Of a stretch of DNA of 64,000 nt, positions 11,742 to 23,999 are shown one piece after another (position 1 is the first letter of the stretch; the number at the start of each line of letters is the position of its first letter). This stretch comes from Takakia lepidozioides (taxonomy: Eukaryota > Plantae > Bryophyta), in the NCBI GenBank assembly GCA_030704615.1, contig CM060732.1, positions 868,001 to 932,000 on the forward strand, in the 5' to 3' direction. A program made the position numbers and the translations under genes. The notes under the pieces are model-generated. The model did not search any database. It was not told the origin of the DNA and saw only the letters and a list, made by a program, of their open reading frames with translations.

Positions 11742-12760
11742 TCAGGGCCCTTGCCTCCGCCCCGTCCCATCAGAAAATTGCGGTATCTGTTGTTGTGTAA
11801 GTCCCGCACCATGTCATCGGCAGTGGCAACATACAAGTCAAGTCTTGCTTTGGTAGACTGCTGCATCCAGGCGTTGTGAACAGTCTCCGCCAAATTACAG
11901 GAAGATATGTCGGCCAAGTCCTCCAAGGACATGTCCTGCAGGAGGCATTGAACGCATATGTGAGGAATGAAAGGAAATGGAAGAGGTTCTGCAAGTGACA
12001 ATCCAACAAGCCCAAAGGAACAGGCACGATGCAAAGTGAAATTTGTGTTTCTGGGATTGTAAAGGCATACCGTCGTCATGAAAGCTCCCCACTGTCTATA
12101 CCTGAAGTGCCAGAAAACCAACCAGTCCTCCAACTCCTTCAGCTGGATCCCACTAGCAGCACCAGAGGAGAACCACCAAGCCCGGATTGCTTGGTAAGTG
12201 CTCTCAGCTTCTCCCATTGAGGTGGCATTTTTGTACTCGAGGCAAAGCCTTCTGTGCTCCAACTGAAGGTCAGGTCGAATGCAACGCTTTGTATGACGTG
12301 CCAGAGATTGACTCCAATGGAAGAGGCATGTGCGCTCCCTATTGAACCGTGTCCGTCATGTTTCTTGTCCATGCCCTGCAGAAGCCCAGCTAGTCCACTG
12401 GAAGACGTGGGAGGGTGGAGCTCAAACAAAATGTCCCCGTCAAACTCTGCTACTCCATATTGAACCCTTTGCACCCGAAGGGACTCCCAATCAACAAAAC
12501 ACAGCTCGCTCTTGCACCCAGGCACCCCTACGAGGACTTTCAATTTCGGAATGACACTCGTTATCTCCTGCAATTCGTCATCATCCAAGAATGGAGTCTG
12601 GACTGGCGGAGGAATCTCAAAAACATCCTCCGAGGACGAGTCTGACAGAGTCACAAATGTAGTGGATATGCTCACCTCGCATTTCACATGAACTGTGTCA
12701 TTCTACTGCACGACCGATGCTGCAGTGCCAGGGGTAAATACTGATCCTGCCAACCAATAG
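11742..12760 (-). pseudogene. Internally deleted MULE/SWIM-type transposase fragment
   Basis: YQAIRAWWFSSGAA...ELEDWLVFWHFRYRQWGAFM and CNLAETVHNAWMQQS...LYVATADDMVR match 24626-25150. The N-terminal TFVTLSDSSSED matches 19086-19230. Confidence 0.75.
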
Positions 12761-12762
12761 TT

Positions 12763-13770
12763 TCGGAAACGCACACTATTTGTGCCCACCTTTCTGGTTG
12801 TTGGAAGCACCAAACAGTGTACGGCAACGCACACTTTTTGGTCCCCCCTTTCCGGTTTTTTTTTACTTCAAAATGGGCCACAAAAGGCCAGTATGCCATG
12901 CTCAAAATACCCCTAATTGGAAGCCCCAAACAGTGTGCGGCAACGCAAATTGTTTGGCCCCCCATTTCCGGTTGTTTTTTTATATTTCAAAATGGGCCAC
13001 AAAGGGCCAGTATGCCATGCTCAAAATACCCCTAATTGGAAGCCCCAAATAGTGTGCTTCAAAGCACACTGTTTGAGCCCCCTTTTGTGCCTGCTTTTTG
13101 ATTTCAAAATGGGCCATGTTTGATGTCTAAATGTGCCACACAGGGCCAGTGTGCCAAGTTCAAAAACACCATAGTTGGAAGCACCAAACAGTGTGCGGCA
13201 ATGCACACTGTTTGTGCCCCCCTTTCCGGTTGTTTTTTGACTTCAAAATCTACCACAAAAGGCCAGTATGCCATGCTCAAAGTACCCCTAATTGGAAGCC
13301 CCAAACAATGTGCGGCAACGCACACTGTTTGGGCCCCCATTTCCGGTTGTTTTTTGATTTCAAAATGGGCCACAAAGGGCCAGTATGCCATCCTCAATAT
13401 ACCCCTAATTGGATGCCCCAAACGGTGTGCTTCAAAGCACATTGTTTGTGGCCCCCTCTGTGCCTGTTTTTTTATTTCAAAATGGGCCATATTTGATGTC
13501 TAAATGTGCCACACAGGGCCAGTGTGCCAAGTTCAAAACACCCGTAGTTGGAAGCACCAAACAGTGTGCGGCAACGCACACTGTTTGGGCCCCCCTTTCC
13601 GGTTGTTTTGCGACTCCAAAATGGGCCACAAATGGCCAGTATGCCATGCTCAAAATACCCCTGATTGGAAGCCCCAAACAGTGTGCTTCAAAGCACACTA
13701 TTTGAGGCCCCCTCTGTGCCTGTTTTTTGATTTTAAAATGGGCCATGTTTGATGTCTAAATGTGCCACAC
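12763..13770. repeat. Tandem satellite of about 8 units (116-139 bp), each containing a long hairpin
   Basis: Hairpin AAACAGTGTGCG-GCAA-CGCACACTGTTT or its variant starts at 12812, 12928, 13047, 13186, 13303, 13420, 13559 and 13676. Confidence 0.9.
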
Positions 13771-16359
13771 TCCTATGGTCAATTGCATCTGCTACTCTCT
13801 GTAATCTGATAGGCATTCACCTTTTTGCCTCAGTTGTTCCACCATTTACTGGGGTGAGCAGAGTATTCATCCCACAGCTTATCCTCATATCTGTTACCTG
13901 TTTTTGGATACTTTCCTGTTGTCACATTGGCAATATCATGTCAGAGTCATTCCAAACAAGATTCACTCAACCAGCTAACTTGCAGAATTCAACATGGAAA
14001 TTTAGGGCCAATTCTGATAAGAAGAAAAAACAGGGTGAAATGTGTTGAAGAAGGTGCTTCATTAGCAGTGCCTGATTTTATCCATTGTGCCACTGCTGCG
14101 GCGGCTTCCAGTTGACCATCTGTTTCTTGTAGCTATCCTCCACAAGGAATCATAGGTAATCTGGAGCTTGAAATCCGGGCCTCTTGGATGAATCTGGACC
14201 CACAATCTATCCCTGCACTCCTTCAGCTATCCATGCCCGTGTACAAATTGTGAATACATCCTCAGCCTTGCTGCAGCTAGCAGCTGAAGCAACTGACACT
14301 GACGCCCTAACCCTGCCTATAATAACATGTCAAAATCACTCCAAAACCACCATAGATTCACCAACAAGCTTCTCCTCATCTATGTTATCTGTTTGTGGAT
14401 ACTTTCTTGCTGCCACAGCGGCAGTAACTTGTCAAAGTCACTCCTAACCACCACAGATCCACCCAACGAGCTTCTATCTGTTTGAGTTGAACCCTTGAAT
14501 CATCGTCAAAAGAAACTTACAAATCTCTCACCTTCCTCTATTCCATCTCTCTCACATAAACAGCCAGATTGTCATCCTTTGCGGTCACACTTGTGTTGGT
14601 AACCAGCTAGACACCTGCAAAATCAGCTGTGAGTAACTATGATCACTTCACAAAGAGACTGCAGAGGAAAAGACATCGGAGATGGAGAGATAGAGATGGA
14701 GAAGACTAAGTGGCAGACTTGTCCATGGAGGAAAATACTCAACAAACCTCTTGGTTACTAAGAGATCTTCTCCACTTGTCAAACAAGCATTGACCGAGAC
14801 CAGTGAGCTCTCACGAAACACAACAAACGCAGATGACACAATATGTAGTCTTGCTGCTACCAGCAGCCCTGTGAGTAGAGCCCCTCCTAAAACACTGGCC
14901 AGTGCTGCTATCCACAAAGACTCAGCAAACTGCAACAGGTCACATTGGGAACAGAAAGACAAAGACAGTCATTATTTCAGTTTGATTGAATGTTTGCCTT
15001 CATGCTCCACCAGAAAGTGCCACATACACATGCCATTCGCATGTAAGTATCTCCATACTCGTACTATTGAGCCCAAGCCTTGATTTGATGTTGCTTGGAT
15101 AGCCATGGAAGATTAGTATAACAATCACCAAGGAGCCTAACAGGCATTACCACAGCCTCAAAAGCCCTGACAAAAGCACTTCCAATTGATGTACTCTTCC
15201 TTGCCCCTATGGTCTTTGCCCTCTCAACAACTACATGTGTGGGTGCAAGCTGGATGGAAATTAGCAACAACAATATTTCAATCTCCTTGCACATTCAGTC
15301 CTGAAAATGCCTTCCTTACTACTGACCTAAGCAATAAGTTGTATAGAATAAGTTGAAACTTAACTTACCCAAATGTCGAAGTTTCCATTAATACCTGGAA
15401 GTACTCATCACCACATCCCTCATCTTCTGCAACCCAAAAGTGAGTGAAACCTAATCCTAGATTCCATTAAACCCTAAACCCTGTACTGCCTGAAACAAGG
15501 ACACGAGCATAAATGTAGCAAAAGAGGATGAAAATATACTGCTATGGTGAGCCGAGCGGCCTGGAATAAGAGTCTCTATGGTCATGAGTGCTTGGCCCTT
15601 AGCAAGCTCTTCGGAGACAGTATGGCCACCATCTGCAGCCATAGCTCCAATCACCTACCATGGAAGAGCATCCCCATTCACCTCTAACGTGCACAAATCA
15701 TTCCTGTATGCCCTGATCATTGGATATGCCTTTGATCTCTCCAGTACTTCTCCCTTCTCCCTTTTAGTGGTGTATTTCCTCCTGTTCCCGACATTGTTCT
15801 TCCATTTACTCGCCTGACTGTCACCACTGTCAATTTTACTGTTGTCCTCATATTGTCCATGGCTCTCCTATTCAGTGGCACCGCTCGATGGCTGAGCTCG
15901 AGCCTGAAAGCAGCAGCATTGCTGCGTACTAGTGAATTGTGGCGAAACAAATTTGTCACAATTGATGTATTCTAGGAAGGTCTATTAGGTGATGTCCGGT
16001 TGCCACTCCTCTCGAGAATGTGGAATTGCATCTAGTTTGCGCACATGTGTGTCCTCCCCCCTACAGTTCCCAGAGCATGGATGTAAACTACACAAAGAGT
16101 CTTTTCTACAACCACATTCAGAAAACAACACGGACTGTAAAAGAAGTCCACAGTGAAGCCTTTGGTCCCTTACTAAACCATACAAGATGCTATACCAATG
16201 GCTGAGAACTGCAGAGATTCTTGTGGATATGTCACATGCATTTGCTTCTGAATGAATTCACCTGAGGAGGAGCAACCAAGGGTCTGAACACCGAATTGTA
16301 TCTCTCCCAAAGGGGAATTCAAGCTCGGGTCTTGTGGTAACTTCCTCTAGTACCATCTA

Positions 16360-16923
16360 GTACCTTGTAAACATCAGGAAGAATACCAAATCATGGTACT
16401 AACAGGAGCCAACAGCCCACATTTGCACTATGGACAAACTTCTTCACATCGTACATTAAGAAAAAGCCACACCTTGCGATTGCGGTTGTCGCACCATCGT
16501 GAAGGATCTTTAAAAAACTCATGCCAGCTCTTCTCCGTGCTGCGAATTCAGGGCCGAGTCTGAAATAGGTCGAAGAAGAAGGTGCCCTCACCACATTGTC
16601 CTCGATGTTGTGTCATGACCCATAGAGGATTTGACTGACCATGAACCCAAACGGACCTCTTGTGTGTGCTGCTTGTGTATGTAGTCCGGTAATGTCGGAT
16701 TGGTCCACGAGAACCATCACAGTGCAGCTGAGCGAGCAGAGATTGAAACACGACCTGCTAAGACCAAGCTGACTCTCCGAAGAACCTTGTAAACAGCAGG
16801 AAGAATACCAAATCATGGTACTAACAGTCGCCAAGAGCCCACATTTGTAGGATGGACAAACTTCTTCACATCGTACATTGAGAAAAAGCCACACCTTGCG
16901 ATTGCGGTTGTCCATCGTGAAGG
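16360..16923. repeat. Direct duplication of about 140 bp (16360-16505 and 16783-16923)
   Basis: ACCTTGTAAACA.CAGGAAGAATACCAAATCATGGTACTAACAG...CCATCGTGAAGG occurs twice. Confidence 0.85.
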
Positions 16924-17002
16924 TGGCCAGGCGCTTCCCATAGTAGTCGATGGCCACATCGTGCACCACATCTTCATGCCCCGATTCTAGGGTTTGAGTC
17001 CC
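16922..17002 (-). pseudogene. SEC13: SEC13 N-terminal WD40 gene fragment
   Basis: GTQTLESGHEDVVHDVAIDYYGKRLAT matches the conserved Sec13 N-terminus (H-D--HD---DYYGKR-AT). No continuation is visible. Confidence 0.75.
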
Positions 17003-19039
17003 TGTCTGCCCCCTATCCCACCAGCTCCGCTCGTAGTCTCTCATGATCAGACTCGACACTAAAACAAAACCAACATAGCTCCGCCCTGTTCGACGTCTCT
17101 CATGATCAGACTCGACACTATAAGAAAACAACACAGCTCCGTCCTGTTTGTCGTCTCTCACGATCAAACTCGACACAGAAAACAAACAGATGGCAAGGGA
17201 GACAAAAGTCATGCCTGGATGGATGAATGGATAAATTTTGGGTTTTCCATCAATACATCCATCCATTCATTTGTTTTCCATTTTTTGGCCATCTTAATTT
17301 CATGCATTCATCCAAAATGAATCTTTTAAATGAGTTTCACTGTCAGTTCATCCAATAGCTGCCAGCTCAGTGTTTGCATTATCATTCGTTCCTACGTTCA
17401 TCCAATAGTTGCCAGTAAGGCATTTATTGTATCATTCGTTCATATATTCATCCAGTGCACAAAAGTTATGTTTGATACGTTCATCCAATAGTTGCCAACA
17501 AGGCGTTTGTGTATCATTCGTTGAGATAATACAGTTGTTTTGTTTCACTAACCTTAACCAGCAGTCGATTAGTTTACTGTTAATCTGCTGGGTCAGTGAA
17601 ATAGTAGTTAAATGTTTTTACTACTTATTATCCTCATACTTAACACTGCGACCTAACAACCCTAAATTCGAGCACATTCATCCTAATTCATACTAGTTCA
17701 CTCATCCTACTTCATCCTAATCATTCATTCTTTCATTCACAGGGTGTGGCTTAGTACCCACGAGCAATGATATGTTGACACGTCGTCATTTGCAATCACA
17801 TCCTGCATCCGTTTCATCCATTTATGTTTGCATCGTCCACATAGACACTCCTTGGGCAACCGGCAATCGCCACGTGCAGTCGTGAATACTGGCAGTCATA
17901 CATTCCCATGCCCACGTCATCATGTTGCAGTTTTGGCCATGACTCGTAGTCGTAACTACCATCTTCTTGGTCAAACGTGTTTGACCGCAGATCCTGACGT
18001 GGCGGAGGTACAAGGTGGCATATCCAACTTCTGGTGGTCATAATTGGCCACCAGGACTACCCCCTTGCATTTTGTAGACATATATGCTACGATTGGGCAA
18101 ATGTGGCAGATATTAAAGCCGGGATCTGTTGTAGTGCCCTCACAATCGCTCTCTCCCTCAGAAAGATTTAACGCCCTACGAGTTTTCTTCCTCCTCTCTC
18201 TCGCTTTCAATCTCTGCCTCGCCGATGTGAAGTAAAGAGACTTACGCCGCGTTTTTTTTTTTTTAGAAACAGTCCCTTCCCTACAGACTCCGAACATGCA
18301 AACAGCTGTTGACACCCATGGATGCGTGGCATCCATGCAGAGGATTGTCCTTTAGAGGCCATCAAGAAAATGATGGTTGAGACAGCTGTCCATTTCTGGG
18401 CGACAAAGCTAGCAACCACCCCGCCGCAATCCAAAAATCCCATTTAGGAGCCGTTACTCTTAATCTGGAAGACATCATCCGTTCATGTCTGTGATGAAAC
18501 CCTAACCGCCATCCATCTATGTCATGGAAGATAAGAGTCCCGCCTTTGTCATTTCACACTCGTCACACTGGAGCATTATCACCGGAATGCAGTGTCTGTC
18601 ACAAAATTGTGCGAACAGTCTGTATTCTGCCAAGAATATTATACTGCACAATCTGTCACGGTGAAAGACGGCCAGTAAATGACAAGCATGGAACAGAAGA
18701 AATAGTCTCAGCGAAGGGAAGACAATCCACACTTCAGGCATCCGCGTGACCTGTTATCTCGTATTGTCCACTGCCCCTAATCTGTATTCGTGCGTGCAAT
18801 GTCTCCCACCTCGGATGAGGCAATATTCTACTGCAATGCGCAAGCGGAGTACCTCCCCTCGCTGATGACAATGTGTTGGCCGTTGTTGAGGAGGACCGTT
18901 GTTGAGGAGGAGTTGCTTTGCATAACCTTCCGCTTTGAGCCAAAGAGCGTCCATGTGGTGAGAGAGGTATGTGATGGTACTGGGAAGGTCGAGGCACACA
19001 GGTTCACAAGCCGCATATACGCGATAGTTGGCGAGAATG

Positions 19040-19230
19040 GAGAGTTCTAGCTGCCAAGTATCGCGTTCATGGAGATCAAAAACATTTGTCAGCGGACACG
19101 ATAGCCACGCCCGGAATAGCTGCTTCGGTGGCTCAGGTCCCAAAAGCTGTGGCCATCAAAACAAAAGAGACCACCTCCAGCACATTTGTGGAGCTCTCCG
19201 ATAGTTCAGAAGACAAAATCTTGGAGCTCC
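19040..19230 (+). pseudogene. 5' part of a MULE/SWIM transposase gene, cut by a Gypsy insertion
   Basis: TPGIAASVAQ...STFVELSDSSEDKILEL is homologous to TPGTAASVVQ...TTFVTLSDSSSEDVFEI in the copy at 12640-12740. Homology stops at 19230. Confidence 0.55.
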
Positions 19231-22200
19231 TGTGGTGTGAAAGAAAGGGGCAAAATCATTCCCCACAACATTCACATTAAGTCACCAGAGTATCATCTCG
19301 TCCCACCCATGCCGCAGCGGAAGGGAAGACATAGGTAGGACACACATCCGTCACAAATCATTAACTGCCTTGCATGTGATCATGTATGTTGCAAAGTATC
19401 CAGATTTGCCTTCACAGATTCTCCCTTGAAAGATGGGCATAGCCCGTAGAGAACCGTCACCCACTGGTGTTCATGGCACCGCCCCGTCAACCGACCTGAT
19501 CGAACTACCCGGACCTATCCGGCATCACCTCAATCTCTCTCACTCTCACTTCTTTTAGCCCTCAAGTCCAAAGGGTCAGATCCAATAACACCATCCGTTA
19601 CGCACGAGCTGCGGGTTCCACCGATCACTGGAATAGAGTTAACAATGTTGCCCTCTGCAGGGACTGATGCATTATGCAATTGTGATTCCAAACACGAAAA
19701 CAAAGAGGTGACCCAAAACCCGTCGATTTTACTTCCCCATCGGTATAATCCGTCACCTACACAAAATATGAAGTCTGCAGCTTAAAGCCCAAGCCTCTCC
19801 CTCATGTCACCATCTCCACTTCATCTTCTCTACCCACTACTGTCTCCGCAAAGCAAGAAGAAGTCCATCATCTGTGAATGGCCCTTAAGTCCCCTACCCC
19901 ACTTGCCCAAGCAATTACTGCCTGAACCAAGCCTACAATCACATAATTCCATTGCCAGATTACTTACTAAATAGTGATTAGCTAAAACAAAATCTCCCAC
20001 CAAAATCCACCACATTTTCACACTACATATGTGGTGTGGCTCACTTTTTTTAAGTGACAGCGTCCACGTTGTCCATTTCCTCCATGGTCATTTCCTGCTC
20101 AGAAAGATGCAAATTCAGGCAGTTGCCTTGCTTTGTCTCTCCTTCTTTATCCCCAAATTTTGAATCCACCACCATAAGTTTTCTTGTTTCAGTTTCCAAT
20201 GTACCAAGAATAGTACCAGGTCCCTCAAGGAGTCCGAGACTTAGAATTGATTCCGGCATCTGTTCCTCCACCCCTGCCTGAGCTGCTCCATCATTGCTGC
20301 CATAGGTGCTGATACCCTTGCCCTCATAATGCAGGGACAAGTGATATTTGATCACCGAGAGGTAGGGGTGTTCATCCCAGTCATTTTTCCCCAAATCTTC
20401 CAAAGTTTCAAATGCCATCTGCAGCTGCTTGGCCATCTTTGTCAGTTCGTAGTTGAACATAGGTGGTATGCGCTCGTGCTGAATTCCATAGTGCCTGCAC
20501 GTTTTGGCAAAACTCTCGCCCCACTCTTCATCGTCACTAGAGAGAATCACTTCAGGGCATCCGTAACGCAAGATCATTACCTCTCTGAGACAACGATTGA
20601 TGCAAGCTGAACTGCGTTCTGCCAGTGGGCTGGTCTCCACACTGCCTGAATGTGGATCAACAGCCACAAACATAAATCTATTCTCTGCCTTGTTGCTGGG
20701 AGTGGACCTGCAATGTCTATCATCATGTGCCGAAAGAGGCTGTCCATAGCACTTTTATGGGCTCCTGTTTGGCTCACCTGATCTGCAAATAGAGGCACTC
20801 CTGCCTCATTTCCATCACCCTTCAGACATCGTTTTTCTCCATGCATTGAACCCTTTCTCAGATCTTGCCGCTCCCGATGCAGAGACTCCATCCATAACTC
20901 AAAGTTGGTAACATGGCCCAATAATGGCAACGAACAGGCCTCTCGTAGATGCCATCTTTCACCGTTGCAGTGTTTGCAGAGTCGGCGACTCATCCCTGAT
21001 TCGTCTCTTAAGCATGGTCTCTCATCCACTCTGGCCTGGTGCTGCCCCTCAGATGGGGCTGATATATTTCCTAGCCCTTGGTCATCACTTATTGCTGGTA
21101 TCAAGCCATCGTGGGAAGATATTATGCATCCCCTGTCCACAATCTTATCCGGTTTGACAACACTGTGCTGTGTAGGGTGAATTACCCTTTCAGCGCATGC
21201 CTTCACTTCCTGTGTCAGCAGCTGGCTGCACCCCACATAACGCAAATTGCTCTTCCAGTGTACAGCCCACATCAGGGCTGATTGCTGCTGCACTGTGTGC
21301 ACTTGCACCATCCGTGATGTGCCCCACAACATCTGTCTAGCCCCTTTGTTCATGCCATCCTGTATCCATCATGTTAACAGAGGGCAGTCCAATGCCACAT
21401 CCTGCCCATTTCTCTGTTGCAGCTACCCTTGGCTGCTCGAGGTATGACTCGTGTTCTACAGATGTCATTACCCCACCAATCAATTCTGTTCTCCCTCCAT
21501 GTGGTACCATTTGCACATTCTTGCGCTTGGGATTTCCTGCCAGATAATTCTCACTTACAACTTCCTCACAATCACTCACAACACATATGTTCTGCAGTAC
21601 TTCACAGTCATCAAAACTCACTTTCTTCACTTCATTTTGGGCATAGCCCCCAAGGGTGCCCGGCTTCTTCAAGATTCCCTTGACAGTGACACCTTTCTCA
21701 AGGTGCCTCTCACTCACATCAGCCTCTATAAATTCAAATGAAAAGTCCTCCAGACTGTTACTTCCCTTGTGGTGCTCTGACCAGAGCCACCAGTATGGAT
21801 CCAAGTCAGTACGCACATAAAAATGCTGCCCCACCAGCTGCTTCCTAAAATGCCAAAATGCCCACACACAGATGTGATACTCTTCTCTTTTGAAAGCAAG
21901 ACTGCCTGGATCTAACTCGCATGATACTTCTCTGGAAACTTGAGACTCCAGCCTATTCCCTTCCTCTCCACACCAATACAATCTAGCATGGGCATCCCCT
22001 ATGGAATTCACTATCTCAAGAAGAAAGAAACCCTTGGAGCCCTCACCCTTTGTCCCACCCTTTGTCCCTGGCCTGCACAAAGCAGCACTGTTAATTCCAG
22101 CTTTTCAGTCTCCTCCGCTGGTCCCACAGGGTACCGACTCAATGCATCAACATTGGAGTGTTTGGATCCGGTCCTATGAACAATCTTAAAATCAAAATCT

Positions 22201-23990
22201 TGAAGCATCATTATCTATCTCCCTCGCCTACCATAGGCATCACTGACGGTAGCCAGCCATTCCAGGGGCTTGTGATCAGTCCAGATTATGAAGGGAGTGC
22301 CATAAAGGTACTGCCGGAAGTGAACAACTCCCCACACAAGGGCATAACACTCACCTTCCATAGGGTGGTACTTTTGTTGAGCATCTGAAAGAACCTTGCT
22401 TGCATATGCAATCACATGCTCCCACCGTTGATATTTCTGTGACAGGATGGCTCCCACCCCTTTGCTGGACCAGTCCACATCAAGGATGAAGGGTCTGGAA
22501 AAGTCTGGTCTAGCCAAAACAGGAGCAGTCATCAGCTTCAAACGCAGAGCTTCAAAGGCCTTCTGAGCCTCAGCTGACCATTTAAAGGGAACATCCTTCC
22601 TGGTCAGATTGAACAAGGGCACACATATCATAGCAAAGCCTTGCACATAAATTCGATAATAACCAGACATCCCCACAAACACCCTCACCCCCGTGGGGTT
22701 CTTCGGGATGGGAAAGGACTGAATTGCAGCAATCTTACTTGGGTCAGGCCTGACTCCCTCAGCAGACACCACATGACCTAGAAAAACCAACTCCTCATTA
22801 CCAAATGTGGTTCAGACGCAGGTTAGCAGCCTGCAACCTCCAAAGACTCGAGCCAAATGTTGCAGGTGTGTGTCCCAATCCAGACTGAGAACATTAACAT
22901 CATCCACAAAGACCTTTGCACACTCTCCAATCTCCACGGCCGGGATGGTATTCATGGCCCGCTGGAATGTAGCGGTGGCATTTTTCAAGCCAAATGGCAT
23001 GACCATCCATTCCTACAAACCCCTTTTAGTTATGACTGCAGTCTTCTTCATGTGCATCATCTTCATTCATTTTGATATGCCAAAATCCACTCTGCAAATC
23101 CAAAGCAGAGAACCAGGCAGCATTACCAAGGCTATTGAGCACATCCTGTATCAAGGGCATGGGATAAGAGTCCCTCCTGGTCAAATTATTCAGTGGACGA
23201 TAATCCCCACAGAATCTTTTGGACCCATCCTTCTTGGGAGGTAGAGTCACCGGGCATGAGTACTCCGACTTGATCTCCCGCATCTTGCCTTGCAAGATAA
23301 GAGCCTCATTTTGACGCTGCACTTCCCCTTCCTCCCACTCAGACAATCTGCTGGGCTGACTCCTGCATGGTGGAAACCCTTGGGTGTCTATAACATGCTC
23401 CACCATTGAAGCAAAACCCCAGATCTGCCTTACTGAGAGCAAAACAACCATGATATTTTCTTAACACCTGTTCAAGTGCATACTGGTGTTCCTTTGGCAG
23501 CTTGTGATCAATGTTTATCCGTGCCTGAAGGCTAGCCCAACGCACCTCTTCGGCCTGTTTGGCCTCATCATCAGGGTCCCTCTGCTGGATGTGGTGAACA
23601 TGCGCAGCCACTTTCTCCTTCTCCTCCATAGCAGTAATCATGTTCCAATCATGAAAGTCATCCTCTATCTCAGATTTATTGTTTCCCAACTCTCCCTCCC
23701 AAGCTTTGTTGTATGCATCATGTATCATAGAAGATGCCATGTTCTTTTTGTCTCTTGCTGCAGCAATTCCACCAGTCCTTGATCATGCAGCACCTCCTCC
23801 CCTTCCTCAATTTCCTTAATGCAAGTCTCTATATCAGTCAGGCCTAAACCTTGACCTTCATCTCTACACTCCAAGGAGCTCTCATCACTGGTTGAGGCAC
23901 TCCCCCTGGGACTGTGAGGATCCAGATCTTCCTCCATCTCCTGGTCGCTGTTGGGCAGAAGTAAATGAGCAGCAGGTGTAATTGTCATGA
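19231..23990 (-). mobile_element. 5'-truncated degenerate Ty3/Gypsy LTR retrotransposon (RT, RNase H, integrase remnant, PPT, probable 3' LTR at about 19231-19809)
   Basis: RT: KKDGSKRFCGDYRPLN, FSALDLQSGFWHI, MPFGLKNATATFQR, FVDD. RNase H: FILDVDWS, EGECYALVW, TDHKPL, DALSR. Integrase-like: IDIAGPLP, RYGCPEVILS. A purine tract at 19811-19835 precedes TG at 19809. Confidence 0.85.
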
Positions 23991-23999
23991 TGTTACATC

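Noticed and set aside
12684-13752. Many overlapping repetitive ORFs
   Set aside because: By-products of the tandem repeat; open in several frames on both strands.
15468-15482. AAACCCTAAACCCT telomere-like motif (also at about 45277 and 55702)
   Set aside because: Only two units; ordinary telo-boxes, not an interstitial telomere array.
13800-16300. Possible decayed host gene on the minus strand (splice-like signals near 15330-15430)
   Set aside because: I could not assemble a consistent frame or recognise a product.
17200-17745. TTCATCC-rich tract as a TIR partner of 27170-27310
   Set aside because: The two tracts are similar in the same orientation, not inverted, and no TSD was found.
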